64,000 nt of DNA, taken from Vicinamibacteria bacterium. Lineage in GTDB: Bacteria > Acidobacteriota > Vicinamibacteria > Marinacidobacterales > Marinacidobacteraceae. The position numbers were made by a program, and so were the translations under genes. Shown piece after piece: positions 46,919 to 55,806 of the stretch (within the stretch, counting starts at the first letter, position 1; the number at the start of each line of letters is the position of its first letter). Below the pieces are notes generated by a model. It did not search any database. It was not told where the DNA came from and saw only the letters and a program-made list of their open reading frames with translations. The stretch spans positions 2,043,729 to 2,107,728 of the forward strand of contig OZ219816.1 in NCBI GenBank assembly GCA_964291235.2, written 5' to 3'.

Positions 46919-49306
46919 GTGAACAAAGAGCCGCGACCGAAGACAAAGGGCCGCCGCATCGCCATCGCCGGGGTGTGGCTCGTCGGCGCCGTGATTCTCC
47001 TGGCGCTCGCTGCGGGTCTCTATGCCCGCAGCCGGCTCCTGGCGAGCCGCCCACTGCTCACTGGCGATGTGCCGCTCGCCGGCCTTTCAGCCCCGGTTGT
47101 CGTGGAGCGGGATCGTCTCGGCATCCCGCGCATCCACGCCGAAACGGCCCGGGACGGCTTCCGGGCGCTCGGGTATCTCCATGCCCAGGAGCGGTTTTTT
47201 CAGATGGACCTGCAGCGACGCCAACCGGCCGGCGAACTGGCCGGATTGGTGGGAGCGGCGGCCGTATCTCTGGATCGGGAAGCGCGCCTGCACCGGATGC
47301 GGGCGCGCACCGAACGCGCGGCGGAGGCGTTGCCCACCGCGGCGGGGCGAACTTTCGAGGCCTATCGGGACGGGGTGGCGGCCGGGCTGGCCAGTCTCTC
47401 CGCCCCACCGTTCGAGTACCTGCTGCTCGGGGAGGATCCGGCGCCGTGGCGGATCAGCGATTCGTTACTCACCGTAGTGGCGATGTACTTCGTCCTGAAC
47501 GACCCCGCGGGAGCCCGCGAGGCCAGGACGGGAGCCCTCGAAGCGGCGCTGCCTCCGGCGCTGGCGGCGTTCCTGAACCCGCTCGGGACCGACCGGGACG
47601 CTCCGCTGCTGGGCGAGGCGTTCGAGGTTCCGGAGGTACCCGGCCCGGAGGCCTTGGCCGGCGTCCGGAGCATCACCCCGGCAGTACCGACGACGCCGCC
47701 CATGATCTCGGGAAGCAACTCGTGGGCGGTGGCCGCCGAGTGGACCGCGGGCGGAGTCCCGCTGATGGCGAGCGACATGCACCTGCCGCTCGGGGTCCCG
47801 AACATCTGGTACCGCGCCGAACTCCACCTCGGCGACTCCCGTATCCGCGGGCTGACCCTGCCCGGAGTTCCCGCGGTGATCGCCGGAAGCAACGGCGACG
47901 TGGCCTGGGGATTCACCAACGCGCAGGGGGATTGGACCGACCTGGTGGAACTGGAAATCGACCCCGGCGACCCGCTCCGTTACCGCGCGCCGGACGGCTG
48001 GCGGCGGATGGATGTGTTCGAAGAAGAGATCCCGGTGGCCGGCGGCTCTCCCCGGACACTCGAGGTCCGGGAGACGATCTGGGGACCGGTCAGCGAGCAC
48101 TGGGGCCGGCCGCTCGCGATCCGCTGGATTGCCCACGACCCCGAAGGTCATCAGGCGGCCTACCTGGAACTCTTCGCGGCAGACAGCGTCGAGGAGATTT
48201 TCCGGGTGGGGTGGGGCAGCGGGATGCCGCCCCAGAACCTGGTGGCGGTGGATCGCCAGGGCGCGATCGGCTGGACCATCGCGGGCCGGATCCCGCGCCG
48301 GCGCGGGTTCGACGGGAGGGTTCCGACGTCCTGGGCCGACGGCGCCCGGGCCTGGGACGGCTACCTGGAACCCGGTCAGATTCCGGCCATCCGCAATCCG
48401 CCGACGGGACGTATCTGGACCGCGAACAACCGCCTCGTGGACGGCGAATTCCTGGACCGGCTCGGCCGGGGCGGCGGCTACGCCCACGGGGAACGGGCGC
48501 GTCTGATTCGCGACCGGCTCCGGTCGGTGGAATCCGCGAGCGAGCCCGCGATGCTCGACATCCAGCTCGAAGACCGGGCCGAGGAGCTCGCTCCGTGGCG
48601 CCGGTTGTTCATGGAATCCCTGGAAAACGCGAGCCAGCCGCTCGCGGCCGAGGCGCTCGGGGTCCTGCGGGAAGGGTGGACCGGCCGCGCAAGTGTGGAG
48701 AGCGCTGCCTATCCGCTGGTGCGAAACGCCCGCGTCAACCTCTTCGCCAAGGTGTACGGCGCGCTCACCGCCCCCGCCCACGACCTGCTGCCGAACTTCT
48801 CGCCCTGGGTCGCGACTCACTGGCCGGGCCCGCTGCTCCGGTTAGCCGAGGAGAGACCGGCCCATTTCGTTCCCCCCGGGGCAATGGACTGGGACGAGGC
48901 GCTCCGCCAATCAATACTCGAAACCGCCGCCCGCATGGCGGCCGCCGGCCCGCTCGCGGAACAGACCTGGGGCAAGGAGAACGTCGTCCACGTCAGGCAT
49001 CCGCTGAGCCCGGCGCTGCCTGCCCCCCTCTCGCGGTTCCTCACCCCGTTCCTGGACGCTCCCCCGCGCGGCCTTCCGGGGGACGCCGGACTCCCGCGGG
49101 CCCAAAACGGGGACCACGGGCCGTCCAACCGCTTCGTGGTGGCGCCGGGACGCGAAGAAACCGGGATCCTCCATATGCCGGGAGGCCAGTCCGGCCATCC
49201 GGGAATGCCGTACTACCTCTCAGGGCACGAAGATTGGGAGGAGGGCCGGGCGACTCCCTTCCTCGCCGGACCTACGGAGTGGACGCTGAGGCTGGTTCCT
49301 GAGTAG
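46919..49306 (+). CDS. Penicillin acylase family Ntn-hydrolase (S45)
   Basis: RDRLGIPRI, HAQERFFQMDL, GSNSWAV (autocleavage Ser), PGGQSGHP; start approximate. Confidence 0.92.
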   Translation: MNKEPRPKTKGRRIAIAGVWLVGAVILLALAAGLYARSRLLASRPLLTGDVPLAGLSAPVVVERDRLGIPRIHAETARDGFRALGYLHAQERFFQMDLQRRQPAGELAGLVGAAAVSLDREARLHRMRARTERAAEALPTAAGRTFEAYRDGVAAGLASLSAPPFEYLLLGEDPAPWRISDSLLTVVAMYFVLNDPAGAREARTGALEAALPPALAAFLNPLGTDRDAPLLGEAFEVPEVPGPEALAGVRSITPAVPTTPPMISGSNSWAVAAEWTAGGVPLMASDMHLPLGVPNIWYRAELHLGDSRIRGLTLPGVPAVIAGSNGDVAWGFTNAQGDWTDLVELEIDPGDPLRYRAPDGWRRMDVFEEEIPVAGGSPRTLEVRETIWGPVSEHWGRPLAIRWIAHDPEGHQAAYLELFAADSVEEIFRVGWGSGMPPQNLVAVDRQGAIGWTIAGRIPRRRGFDGRVPTSWADGARAWDGYLEPGQIPAIRNPPTGRIWTANNRLVDGEFLDRLGRGGGYAHGERARLIRDRLRSVESASEPAMLDIQLEDRAEELAPWRRLFMESLENASQPLAAEALGVLREGWTGRASVESAAYPLVRNARVNLFAKVYGALTAPAHDLLPNFSPWVATHWPGPLLRLAEERPAHFVPPGAMDWDEALRQSILETAARMAAAGPLAEQTWGKENVVHVRHPLSPALPAPLSRFLTPFLDAPPRGLPGDAGLPRAQNGDHGPSNRFVVAPGREETGILHMPGGQSGHPGMPYYLSGHEDWEEGRATPFLAGPTEWTLRLVPE

Positions 49307-49324
49307 GACCAGGCCACTGGAGGT

Positions 49325-50593
49325 TCAGGCCACGTAGGGAATCGTGATCGGGCCGTGGGGCAGGACTGCGAGCCGGGCCTCCGCGCCAGCCGCGGCGAGA
49401 GCTTCCCTGCAGGCGAGCGACAGGTCGGACACCGGCTCGAGATGCGCGGCGCGCACGGTCGCTTCGGGCAGCGCCGAACGGAGCCCGACCCGGGCGCGCT
49501 CCAGAATGCGGCAGTGGACCTGGATCTGCCAGTCGTCCGGACGGCGGAACGGGGAGGCGGCGAGGGCCTCCCGGACCTCGACAAGGGTGGCGCCCGCCCG
49601 GAGCGCCCGGGCGTAGGCGCCGCTGTCCGGGATTCCGTCGCGGCACTCGGCCGCACAGAGGATCGTTCCGCCCGCCTCGACGATGCGTTCGGCGGCGGAC
49701 ATCCCCTTCACCGCCTGGTAGAGGTTCTGGTCGAGCGGAAAGCCCGAATTCGTCGCGACCACCACCTCGAAGGGCTGCTCCACCGGACACATGGCCTCTT
49801 CGTGCGAACGGACCGTGGCCCGGGCGTGCTCGTCGAGCAGATCGCCGCCGAATACCCCGGTGATCCGTTTGTCGCCGTCGAGGAGAACGTCGAGGCCGAA
49901 GTCCACCCCCACCTGCCGGGAGATCGCCCGCACGTCGTCGTGAACCGGGTTGCCCTCGGTGATCCCGAATACCGCGTTCGGGTGCCCGATGCGGGCTTCG
50001 TCGTGGAGCACCAGGATCGTTTCCATTCCTGCCAGGCCGGGCGCCACCATCTTCGGGCCGCCGGAGAAGCCGGCGAAAAAGTGTGGCTCGACAAAGCCGG
50101 TGGTGATCCGGATGTCCGCTTCCAGAAAACGGCGGTTCAGCCGCACGGGGACACCGTTTTCCAGATCCGGCTGCCGGACGAGCTCCGAGTCGTTCCGGCA
50201 GTCATGGTTCACCACCTCGCAGGCGGAGAGCAGTTCGCTTCCGAACATCGCTTCGAGTTCGGACGGGGTCGCCGGCCGGTGGGTGCCGGTGGCGACCAGC
50301 AGCGTTACCCGTTCGGGTGGGGTCGGGATCTCTTCGAGGATGGCTCGCACCATCGGAATCCGCGGCTGCGCCCGCGTCGGGTCGCACACCGAGATTGCTA
50401 CCGAGGCGCCCGGTGGCACCCGCGCGGCGAGCGGCGGGCCGGCGTCGGGCTCCCGTAGCACCCGCAGGATCGCCTCCTCCTCGGACGGCAACGGCGCGGG
50501 GAAACGGGGCCGGACAACGGTGGTCCGCCCGGCGGCTTCCGCCGGGAGTTCAAGGTCGAGTCCGTTATCCCCGTAGTCGAGTGGAATCAGCAT
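49325..50593 (-). CDS. larA: LarA family nickel-pincer-dependent racemase/epimerase
   Basis: CDPTR, ATGTHR, NHD, EPHFFAGFSGGPK, DQNLYQAVKG. Confidence 0.9.
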   Translation of the reverse strand: MLIPLDYGDNGLDLELPAEAAGRTTVVRPRFPAPLPSEEEAILRVLREPDAGPPLAARVPPGASVAISVCDPTRAQPRIPMVRAILEEIPTPPERVTLLVATGTHRPATPSELEAMFGSELLSACEVVNHDCRNDSELVRQPDLENGVPVRLNRRFLEADIRITTGFVEPHFFAGFSGGPKMVAPGLAGMETILVLHDEARIGHPNAVFGITEGNPVHDDVRAISRQVGVDFGLDVLLDGDKRITGVFGGDLLDEHARATVRSHEEAMCPVEQPFEVVVATNSGFPLDQNLYQAVKGMSAAERIVEAGGTILCAAECRDGIPDSGAYARALRAGATLVEVREALAASPFRRPDDWQIQVHCRILERARVGLRSALPEATVRAAHLEPVSDLSLACREALAAAGAEARLAVLPHGPITIPYVA

Positions 50594-50619
50594 CGTCGGC
50601 TTCCGCGTATTCTCGCCGG

Positions 50620-51477
50620 ATGCGTCTTTACCGCTATGCAACCGCTTCCGGCGCGGACGCCGGAGTGCTGATCGGGGACCGGCTGACACCGATAGGGGAA
50701 CTGGCTCCCGAACTCGCGCCGGCCGAGCCGGGGGATCTTGACGAAGTCGTGCAGCGCGGCCGCTTGCCGGCCCTCGCCGCCGCCGCCGAAGGGGCTGATG
50801 CCGCTGGCGGACTCCGGCTGGACGAGGCGAATCTGCTCGTTCCCCTGGAGCGTCCCCCGAAGATCTGGTGCATCGGGCTGAACTACCGGGCCCACGCCGC
50901 GGACCTCGACGCCCGGACCACCCCGACGCCGGTCGGGTTCATGCGGCCGAACGCTTCCATCATCGGCCCGGGCGAAGAGATCCGTCTCCCGCGGGCCTCG
51001 GAGCGGGTCACCGGGGAGGGAGAACTGGTGATCGTGCTGGGCCGCTCGGGACAGGACATCGCTCCTGGCGACGCGCTTTCGGCGGTAGGGGCCTACACAC
51101 TCGCGGTGGACATGACCGCGGAGGACATCCTGCGGCAGAACCCGCGCTTCCTCACCCGGGCAAAGAGCTTCGACACCTTCTTGAGCCTCGGCCCCTGCCT
51201 CGTTACCCCGGACGAGGTGGCGACGCGGGAATCCCTACCGTCAGTCCGCACGACGACGTTCCACAACGGCGAACCAGCCCGGAGCGCCCTGGTGGAGGCA
51301 ATGACACACCCTCCCGAGAAGCTCATCTCCTTCTTCTCGGAGGACATGACCTGGAAGGCGGGGGACATCCTGCTGACGGGAACGCCGGGAGCGGTGGTGA
51401 TCGAGGACGGGGACACCGTCGGCGCCGAGGTGGAGCAGATCGGACGCCTCGAAAACCCGGTACGGCGGCTCGGGTAG
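50620..51477 (+). CDS. Fumarylacetoacetate hydrolase family protein
   Basis: KIWCIGLNY, EGEL, DMTAED, AKSFDTF, GDILLTGTPG. Confidence 0.92.
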   Translation: MRLYRYATASGADAGVLIGDRLTPIGELAPELAPAEPGDLDEVVQRGRLPALAAAAEGADAAGGLRLDEANLLVPLERPPKIWCIGLNYRAHAADLDARTTPTPVGFMRPNASIIGPGEEIRLPRASERVTGEGELVIVLGRSGQDIAPGDALSAVGAYTLAVDMTAEDILRQNPRFLTRAKSFDTFLSLGPCLVTPDEVATRESLPSVRTTTFHNGEPARSALVEAMTHPPEKLISFFSEDMTWKAGDILLTGTPGAVVIEDGDTVGAEVEQIGRLENPVRRLG

Positions 51478-51593
51478 CGGCACCCCGCGGAAACGGCGCG
51501 GTGGCAGCCGCGTGGTTTCGGCAAATCTGGAATCTCATCCCGGATCTGCCGGTGTTCTACGGTGAGACGACGGGTGGGCTCGCGGCGCCGACG

Positions 51594-52130
51594 TCAGGAC
51601 TTCGGCGGCGGGAAGTGACGCACCCGACTTAGAAGCTCACGGTCGGGGCGCCCGGACGCGGCGGCCCGCCAGCCGATGAGGTCGGGCCGGGCACCGAAGA
51701 GGACGATCGTCACGCCGTCGCGGGCCGGACCCGGCCGCTCGCCGCCCTCGACCCGAACTCCGCGCGCGCCGCCCGGAAGGAGCGCCGCCGATGGGGCAAC
51801 AAGGCCGGACTCCCCGGCCCCGTGCAGGCGGTCCGCCTCCCGCTGGCACGCCGCCCAGCTACCAAGACCCCCGGTCAGCGTCCGCACGGAAACCCGGGGA
51901 CGGGCCGCGGGCAGGTCGCCAACCTGAACCGCCCAGAGCGCCCGGCGGACGTGAGAGAGGTCCTCGGGGTCGGTGATCTCTTCGTGGCGGAGGAACTCGG
52001 CCCACGCCCCGTCCGGGGTGTCCGAAAAACAGTGCGTCAATTCCCCGGGACGATTCCAGCGTCCCGCCGCTGGCGAAACCGTTTCCCGCAGGAACGGGAA
52101 ACGGGGATCCGCGTGCCGAAAAGCGATCAC
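51594..52130 (-). CDS. RES-domain toxin (putative NAD+ phosphorylase)
   Basis: IAFRH, GRWNRPGE, WAEFLRH, LVAPSAA (R-E-S residues); GTG overlaps the antitoxin TGA. Confidence 0.8.
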   Translation of the reverse strand: MIAFRHADPRFPFLRETVSPAAGRWNRPGELTHCFSDTPDGAWAEFLRHEEITDPEDLSHVRRALWAVQVGDLPAARPRVSVRTLTGGLGSWAACQREADRLHGAGESGLVAPSAALLPGGARGVRVEGGERPGPARDGVTIVLFGARPDLIGWRAAASGRPDRELLSRVRHFPPPKS

Positions 52131-52735
52131 GTGGCCGGGGAGAAGCTGAGGGCCCCCGCGAGTTCCCGTACCCGCTCCGGACCATCGTCCTCCGCCGACC
52201 AACCACCCGTCAGCACCTCCGCCGGAGTCTTGCCGCCCATCGCGGAGCGCTTGCGGTCGAACCAGCGCCGGACCCCAATCTCGTTGTAGGCCCCCGCCAG
52301 GTCCCCGGCCACCAGGGCGAGGAAGTGGAGCCGAGCGGCAATCTCGTCCGGCGTCTGTCGTGCCCCCGACGAGTAGCGGCGGGCACTGGAGGGGGAGACA
52401 CCCAGAAGGCGCGACAGCAGGTCGAGGCCCAGGGACCGGGACAGGGCCGGCCACTCGGTGCGTGGTACCGGAGAGCCGGCGAGAGCCTCGTGAAGGGCCC
52501 TGAGCCAGCCGGCCGTCTCAGCCGGGTCTGCGCCAGCCGGACGCCGGACCAGCCGGGCGATCCCCGCCTCGGCCAAACGCGCCTCCAGCGCGTCCATGGC
52601 CCCGCTGTCAAGCCGGACGACCGCGGAGGGGCAGAGTCCCATCGCTTCGGCCCGACTCAGGGCCGAAGCCGCCAAGGGCGCGACCCGAGGGTCGTCGTAC
52701 GGACTCTTGACGGACTGTATATGGAGTTTTGACAT
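52127..52735 (-). CDS. Xre/MbcA/ParS-type antitoxin
   Basis: HTH-like LSRLLGVSPSSARRY; C-terminal RRWFDRKRSAMGGKTPAEVL; C-terminal part of ORF 52127..55486. Confidence 0.78.
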   Translation of the reverse strand: MSKLHIQSVKSPYDDPRVAPLAASALSRAEAMGLCPSAVVRLDSGAMDALEARLAEAGIARLVRRPAGADPAETAGWLRALHEALAGSPVPRTEWPALSRSLGLDLLSRLLGVSPSSARRYSSGARQTPDEIAARLHFLALVAGDLAGAYNEIGVRRWFDRKRSAMGGKTPAEVLTGGWSAEDDGPERVRELAGALSFSPAT

Positions 52736-52902
52736 TGTCCATATTGTATCCGAAACCTTTCCGATACCCGAAGTGCGGTTCGCGAGGGAGAGAGAGGGAC
52801 GGTCCGCGTCCGCGCTGTCCCGCGAGAGCGCTTGGCGATACGCGCTCTCGCTGCGCGGCACCAAGCGGCGCCGGCCTGGAGGTCCGGCGGCCCCTACCCC
52901 CC

Positions 52903-53889
52903 TTAGAGCTCCACCACCGTGCCGAGGTCCTGCTCCTCGGCGCGGGCGAGGGCCGCGGCGCCGACGGCGACGTCCTGCACCGCGGTCCCCACGCTCTTGA
53001 AGAGCGTGGGTCCGTGCCCGGGCCGCGGGGCCGTACCGGCAGCGATCTCCCCGATCTCGGCCAGGACGTGATCCTCGGTGATCGCCCCTCGGTCCCGAGG
53101 CTGAATCAAGTCCCCCGTTTCTTCCCAACAAGACTCGCGGTGATCCACCACCAACGCCGACCGGACGACCGTTGCCTCCGGGATGATCTGCATGTCCGGA
53201 GTGAAGGAGCCGATGGCGTTCAGGTGGGCATCCTCCCGGAGCGCCCGGTCGGAGAAGACCGGGGTCTTCGAGGTCGTCGCCTCGGCAATCACCTCGGAGC
53301 CGGCGACCAGGTCGTCGGCGGAGGCGGCCACGGTCACCGGGATGTCGAGCGCCTCCGTCATGTCGTTCGCGAAGGCGTGGGCGACCTGGGTACGCGGATC
53401 GAACACCCGGGCGCTCTCGATTCCGGGGCGCGCGGTCACCATCGCTTCCAGTTGCGTGCGCGCCTGCACGCCGGCGCCGAGCACGCCGGCGGTCCGGACA
53501 TCCTCCCGCGCGAGTTCCGCGGTCGCCACCCCGGACGCCGCGCCGGTGCGGATCGCAGTCAGGATGCCCCCATGGAGGGCCCCGGCGGGCAGGCCGGTGT
53601 CGGGGTCCAGAACCACCACCAAGGCGTTGATCGTGGGAAGCGGCGGGGTCCGGGTCAGGTTCTGCGGGAAGATCCCGACAATCTTGGTGGCGAGCTGGTG
53701 GCTCCCGGCCAGATACCCCGGCATGTAGAGGCTGATTCCGGAGCGGCTCGGCACATCCACGCGCGCTCGCACCGGCATGGTCGCCCGGCCGGCGGAGAGT
53801 TCGACGAAGGCCTGCCGTACGGACCGGATCGCTTCCGCCATCGGCATCGCCGCCCGGACTTCGGCGGCGGACAGGAGTCGCAACTTCAT
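52903..53889 (-). CDS. Ornithine cyclodeaminase/mu-crystallin family protein (imine reductase-like), copy 1
   Basis: LTAIRTGAASG, GAGVQA, NAIGS, FKSVGTAVQD. Confidence 0.92.
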   Translation of the reverse strand: MKLRLLSAAEVRAAMPMAEAIRSVRQAFVELSAGRATMPVRARVDVPSRSGISLYMPGYLAGSHQLATKIVGIFPQNLTRTPPLPTINALVVVLDPDTGLPAGALHGGILTAIRTGAASGVATAELAREDVRTAGVLGAGVQARTQLEAMVTARPGIESARVFDPRTQVAHAFANDMTEALDIPVTVAASADDLVAGSEVIAEATTSKTPVFSDRALREDAHLNAIGSFTPDMQIIPEATVVRSALVVDHRESCWEETGDLIQPRDRGAITEDHVLAEIGEIAAGTAPRPGHGPTLFKSVGTAVQDVAVGAAALARAEEQDLGTVVEL

Positions 53890-53926
53890 GGGCGAACTTG
53901 TACCAGAGGCGTGCAAGAATCCGGGC

Positions 53927-54808
53927 ATGAACGGCGTCTATTCGGTTCTTCCGACCCCCTTTGCCCCGGACGGCAGCTTTGACTCGCCAAGCCTCCGCCG
54001 CGTGATCGACCTGTTCCTCGAGGACGGCGTCTCCGGCTTCACCGCCCTCGGAGTGACGAGTGAAGTCGCCCGCATCTCGGACCGCGAGCGCGACGAGATT
54101 CTGGACGCCAGCATGGCCCACGCCGACGGGCGCGCGCCCGTGATCGTCGGCGCCAGCGGGCCAGGGCTCGATGTCTGTCTCGAGCGTTGCCGGGCCGCGG
54201 AACGGGCCGGTGCCGCCGGGGTCATGGTCTCGCCGCCCCGCGCCCCGAAATGCAACTCGGAGGCGATCTTCAGGCACTTCGCGAGGATCGCCGAGACCAT
54301 CTCGATTCCCGTGGTGATCCAGGACTTCCCCCCGATCTCGGGTTTCCACATGGAACCGGACCTCCTCGCGCGCATCTGCCGGGAGATCCCCGCCGCGCGA
54401 ACGATCAAGCTCGAGGACGCCCCCACCCCCTATAAGGCAGCCCGCATTCGGGAACGCACCGAAGACCTCGACATCGGCATCTTCGGCGGCCTCGGGGGCG
54501 CCTACCTGATCGAGGAACTCATTTCGGGGGCGACCGGCGCCATGACCGGCTTCGCGTATCCCAAGCTGCTGGTGGCGGTGGTCTCCCGCTGGGACGCCGG
54601 CGACCGCGACGGCGCGGCGGCGGCCTTTTACCGGTACGCCCCGGTGATGCGGTTCGAGTTCCAGGAAGGAATCGGAATGGCCATCCGCAAGGAAATGCTC
54701 CGGAGGAGGGGAGCGGTCGCCCACACGGGCATCCGCGCACCCGCCGCCCTGCTGGACCGGGCCACCGAGGAGGCGCTCGACCGCATCCTGGCCCATTTCG
54801 ACCTCTAG
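53927..54808 (+). CDS. DapA/NAL-family lyase, L-KDA-dehydratase-like subgroup
   Basis: LPTPF, LGVTSE, VIQDFP, TIKLED (Schiff-base Lys). Confidence 0.85.
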   Translation: MNGVYSVLPTPFAPDGSFDSPSLRRVIDLFLEDGVSGFTALGVTSEVARISDRERDEILDASMAHADGRAPVIVGASGPGLDVCLERCRAAERAGAAGVMVSPPRAPKCNSEAIFRHFARIAETISIPVVIQDFPPISGFHMEPDLLARICREIPAARTIKLEDAPTPYKAARIRERTEDLDIGIFGGLGGAYLIEELISGATGAMTGFAYPKLLVAVVSRWDAGDRDGAAAAFYRYAPVMRFEFQEGIGMAIRKEMLRRRGAVAHTGIRAPAALLDRATEEALDRILAHFDL

Positions 54809-54829
54809 GCGACGGGGGCGGGCAGCGCC

Positions 54830-55732
54830 TTGAGCCTGCTGAACCGGGTCATCAGCGGGACGCTCCCGCTGCTGCCGAAGGCGTTGGTGCGGCCGTTCGC
54901 CCGCCCCTATATCGCCGGCGAGACGGTCGAACAGCTCGTCCGCGAGGCCGAGACCCTGAACCGCCAGGGCTATCTGGTGGCGACCAGTCAACTCGGCGAG
55001 TTCGTCACCGACCGCGCCGAGGCGGAGGAGGCGACCGCGGTGTACCGGCAGCTCCTCGAAGAGGTTCACCAGCGGCAACTGGCCGCCTACGTGCACGTGA
55101 AGGTGACCCAACTCGGGCTGATGATCGATCGCGATTTCTGCCGCGACCAGATCCGGCAGCTCCTCAGACACGCGGCGGAGAACGGTGGGATCTTCATGCG
55201 CATGGACATGGAGGACAGTCCGCGCATCGACGCGACACTCGACCTGCACCGCGAACTCCATCCCGAGTATCCGAATTTCGGGGTGGTCCTCCAGTCGCGG
55301 ATGCGGCGAAGCCTCGCTGACGCCCGGGAATTGGCCAAGGTGCGAGCCAACGTCCGCATCTGCAAGGGCGTCTATCTGGAGCCCCCCGAGATCGCTTACA
55401 CCGAACCCCAGGAAATCCGGGACCACTACCTCGCCATGCTCCGGGTTCTGCTTTCCGCCGGCTGTTACGTCGGGATCGCCACGCACGACGATTGGCTCAT
55501 CGCCGAGGCCTCCCGCGTCATCAAGGAACTCGAGCTATCTCCCGACCGCTACGAGTTCCAGATGCTCCATGGAGTTCGGCCCCGTCTTCGGGAGAGCGTG
55601 AAACAGTCCGGGCACCAGGTCCGGGTGGGGGTGCCGTTCGGCCCCGAATGGATGCCCTATTCGCTGCGCCGCCTGCGGAAGAACCCGGAAATCGCCCGCC
55701 ACGTCCTGCGAGCCGTCTTTTCCAGGGGCTAA
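54830..55732 (+). CDS. Monofunctional proline dehydrogenase
   Basis: YIAGE, KVTQLGL, RMDMED, RICKGVY, IATHD, EFQMLHG. Confidence 0.92.
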   Translation: MSLLNRVISGTLPLLPKALVRPFARPYIAGETVEQLVREAETLNRQGYLVATSQLGEFVTDRAEAEEATAVYRQLLEEVHQRQLAAYVHVKVTQLGLMIDRDFCRDQIRQLLRHAAENGGIFMRMDMEDSPRIDATLDLHRELHPEYPNFGVVLQSRMRRSLADARELAKVRANVRICKGVYLEPPEIAYTEPQEIRDHYLAMLRVLLSAGCYVGIATHDDWLIAEASRVIKELELSPDRYEFQMLHGVRPRLRESVKQSGHQVRVGVPFGPEWMPYSLRRLRKNPEIARHVLRAVFSRG

Positions 55733-55806
55733 CAGCCCGTGGCAAACCCACGCGGGGTTCACCACCGGCTCTTAGATCGCGGGACGTTCGCCGGTACACT
55801 CGCTCC

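Noticed and set aside
45904-49302. 1132-aa alternative-frame ORF and similar long shadow ORFs (2910..4676, 17888..20140, 24339..26333, 27467..29482, 55759..58470)
   Set aside because: They overlap well-supported genes, lack motifs, and are expected from stop-codon scarcity in high-GC DNA
52127-55486. 1119-aa ORF as a giant antitoxin fusion
   Set aside because: Only the last 202 codons look like a protein; the rest overlaps the OCD, DapA-like and ProDH genes
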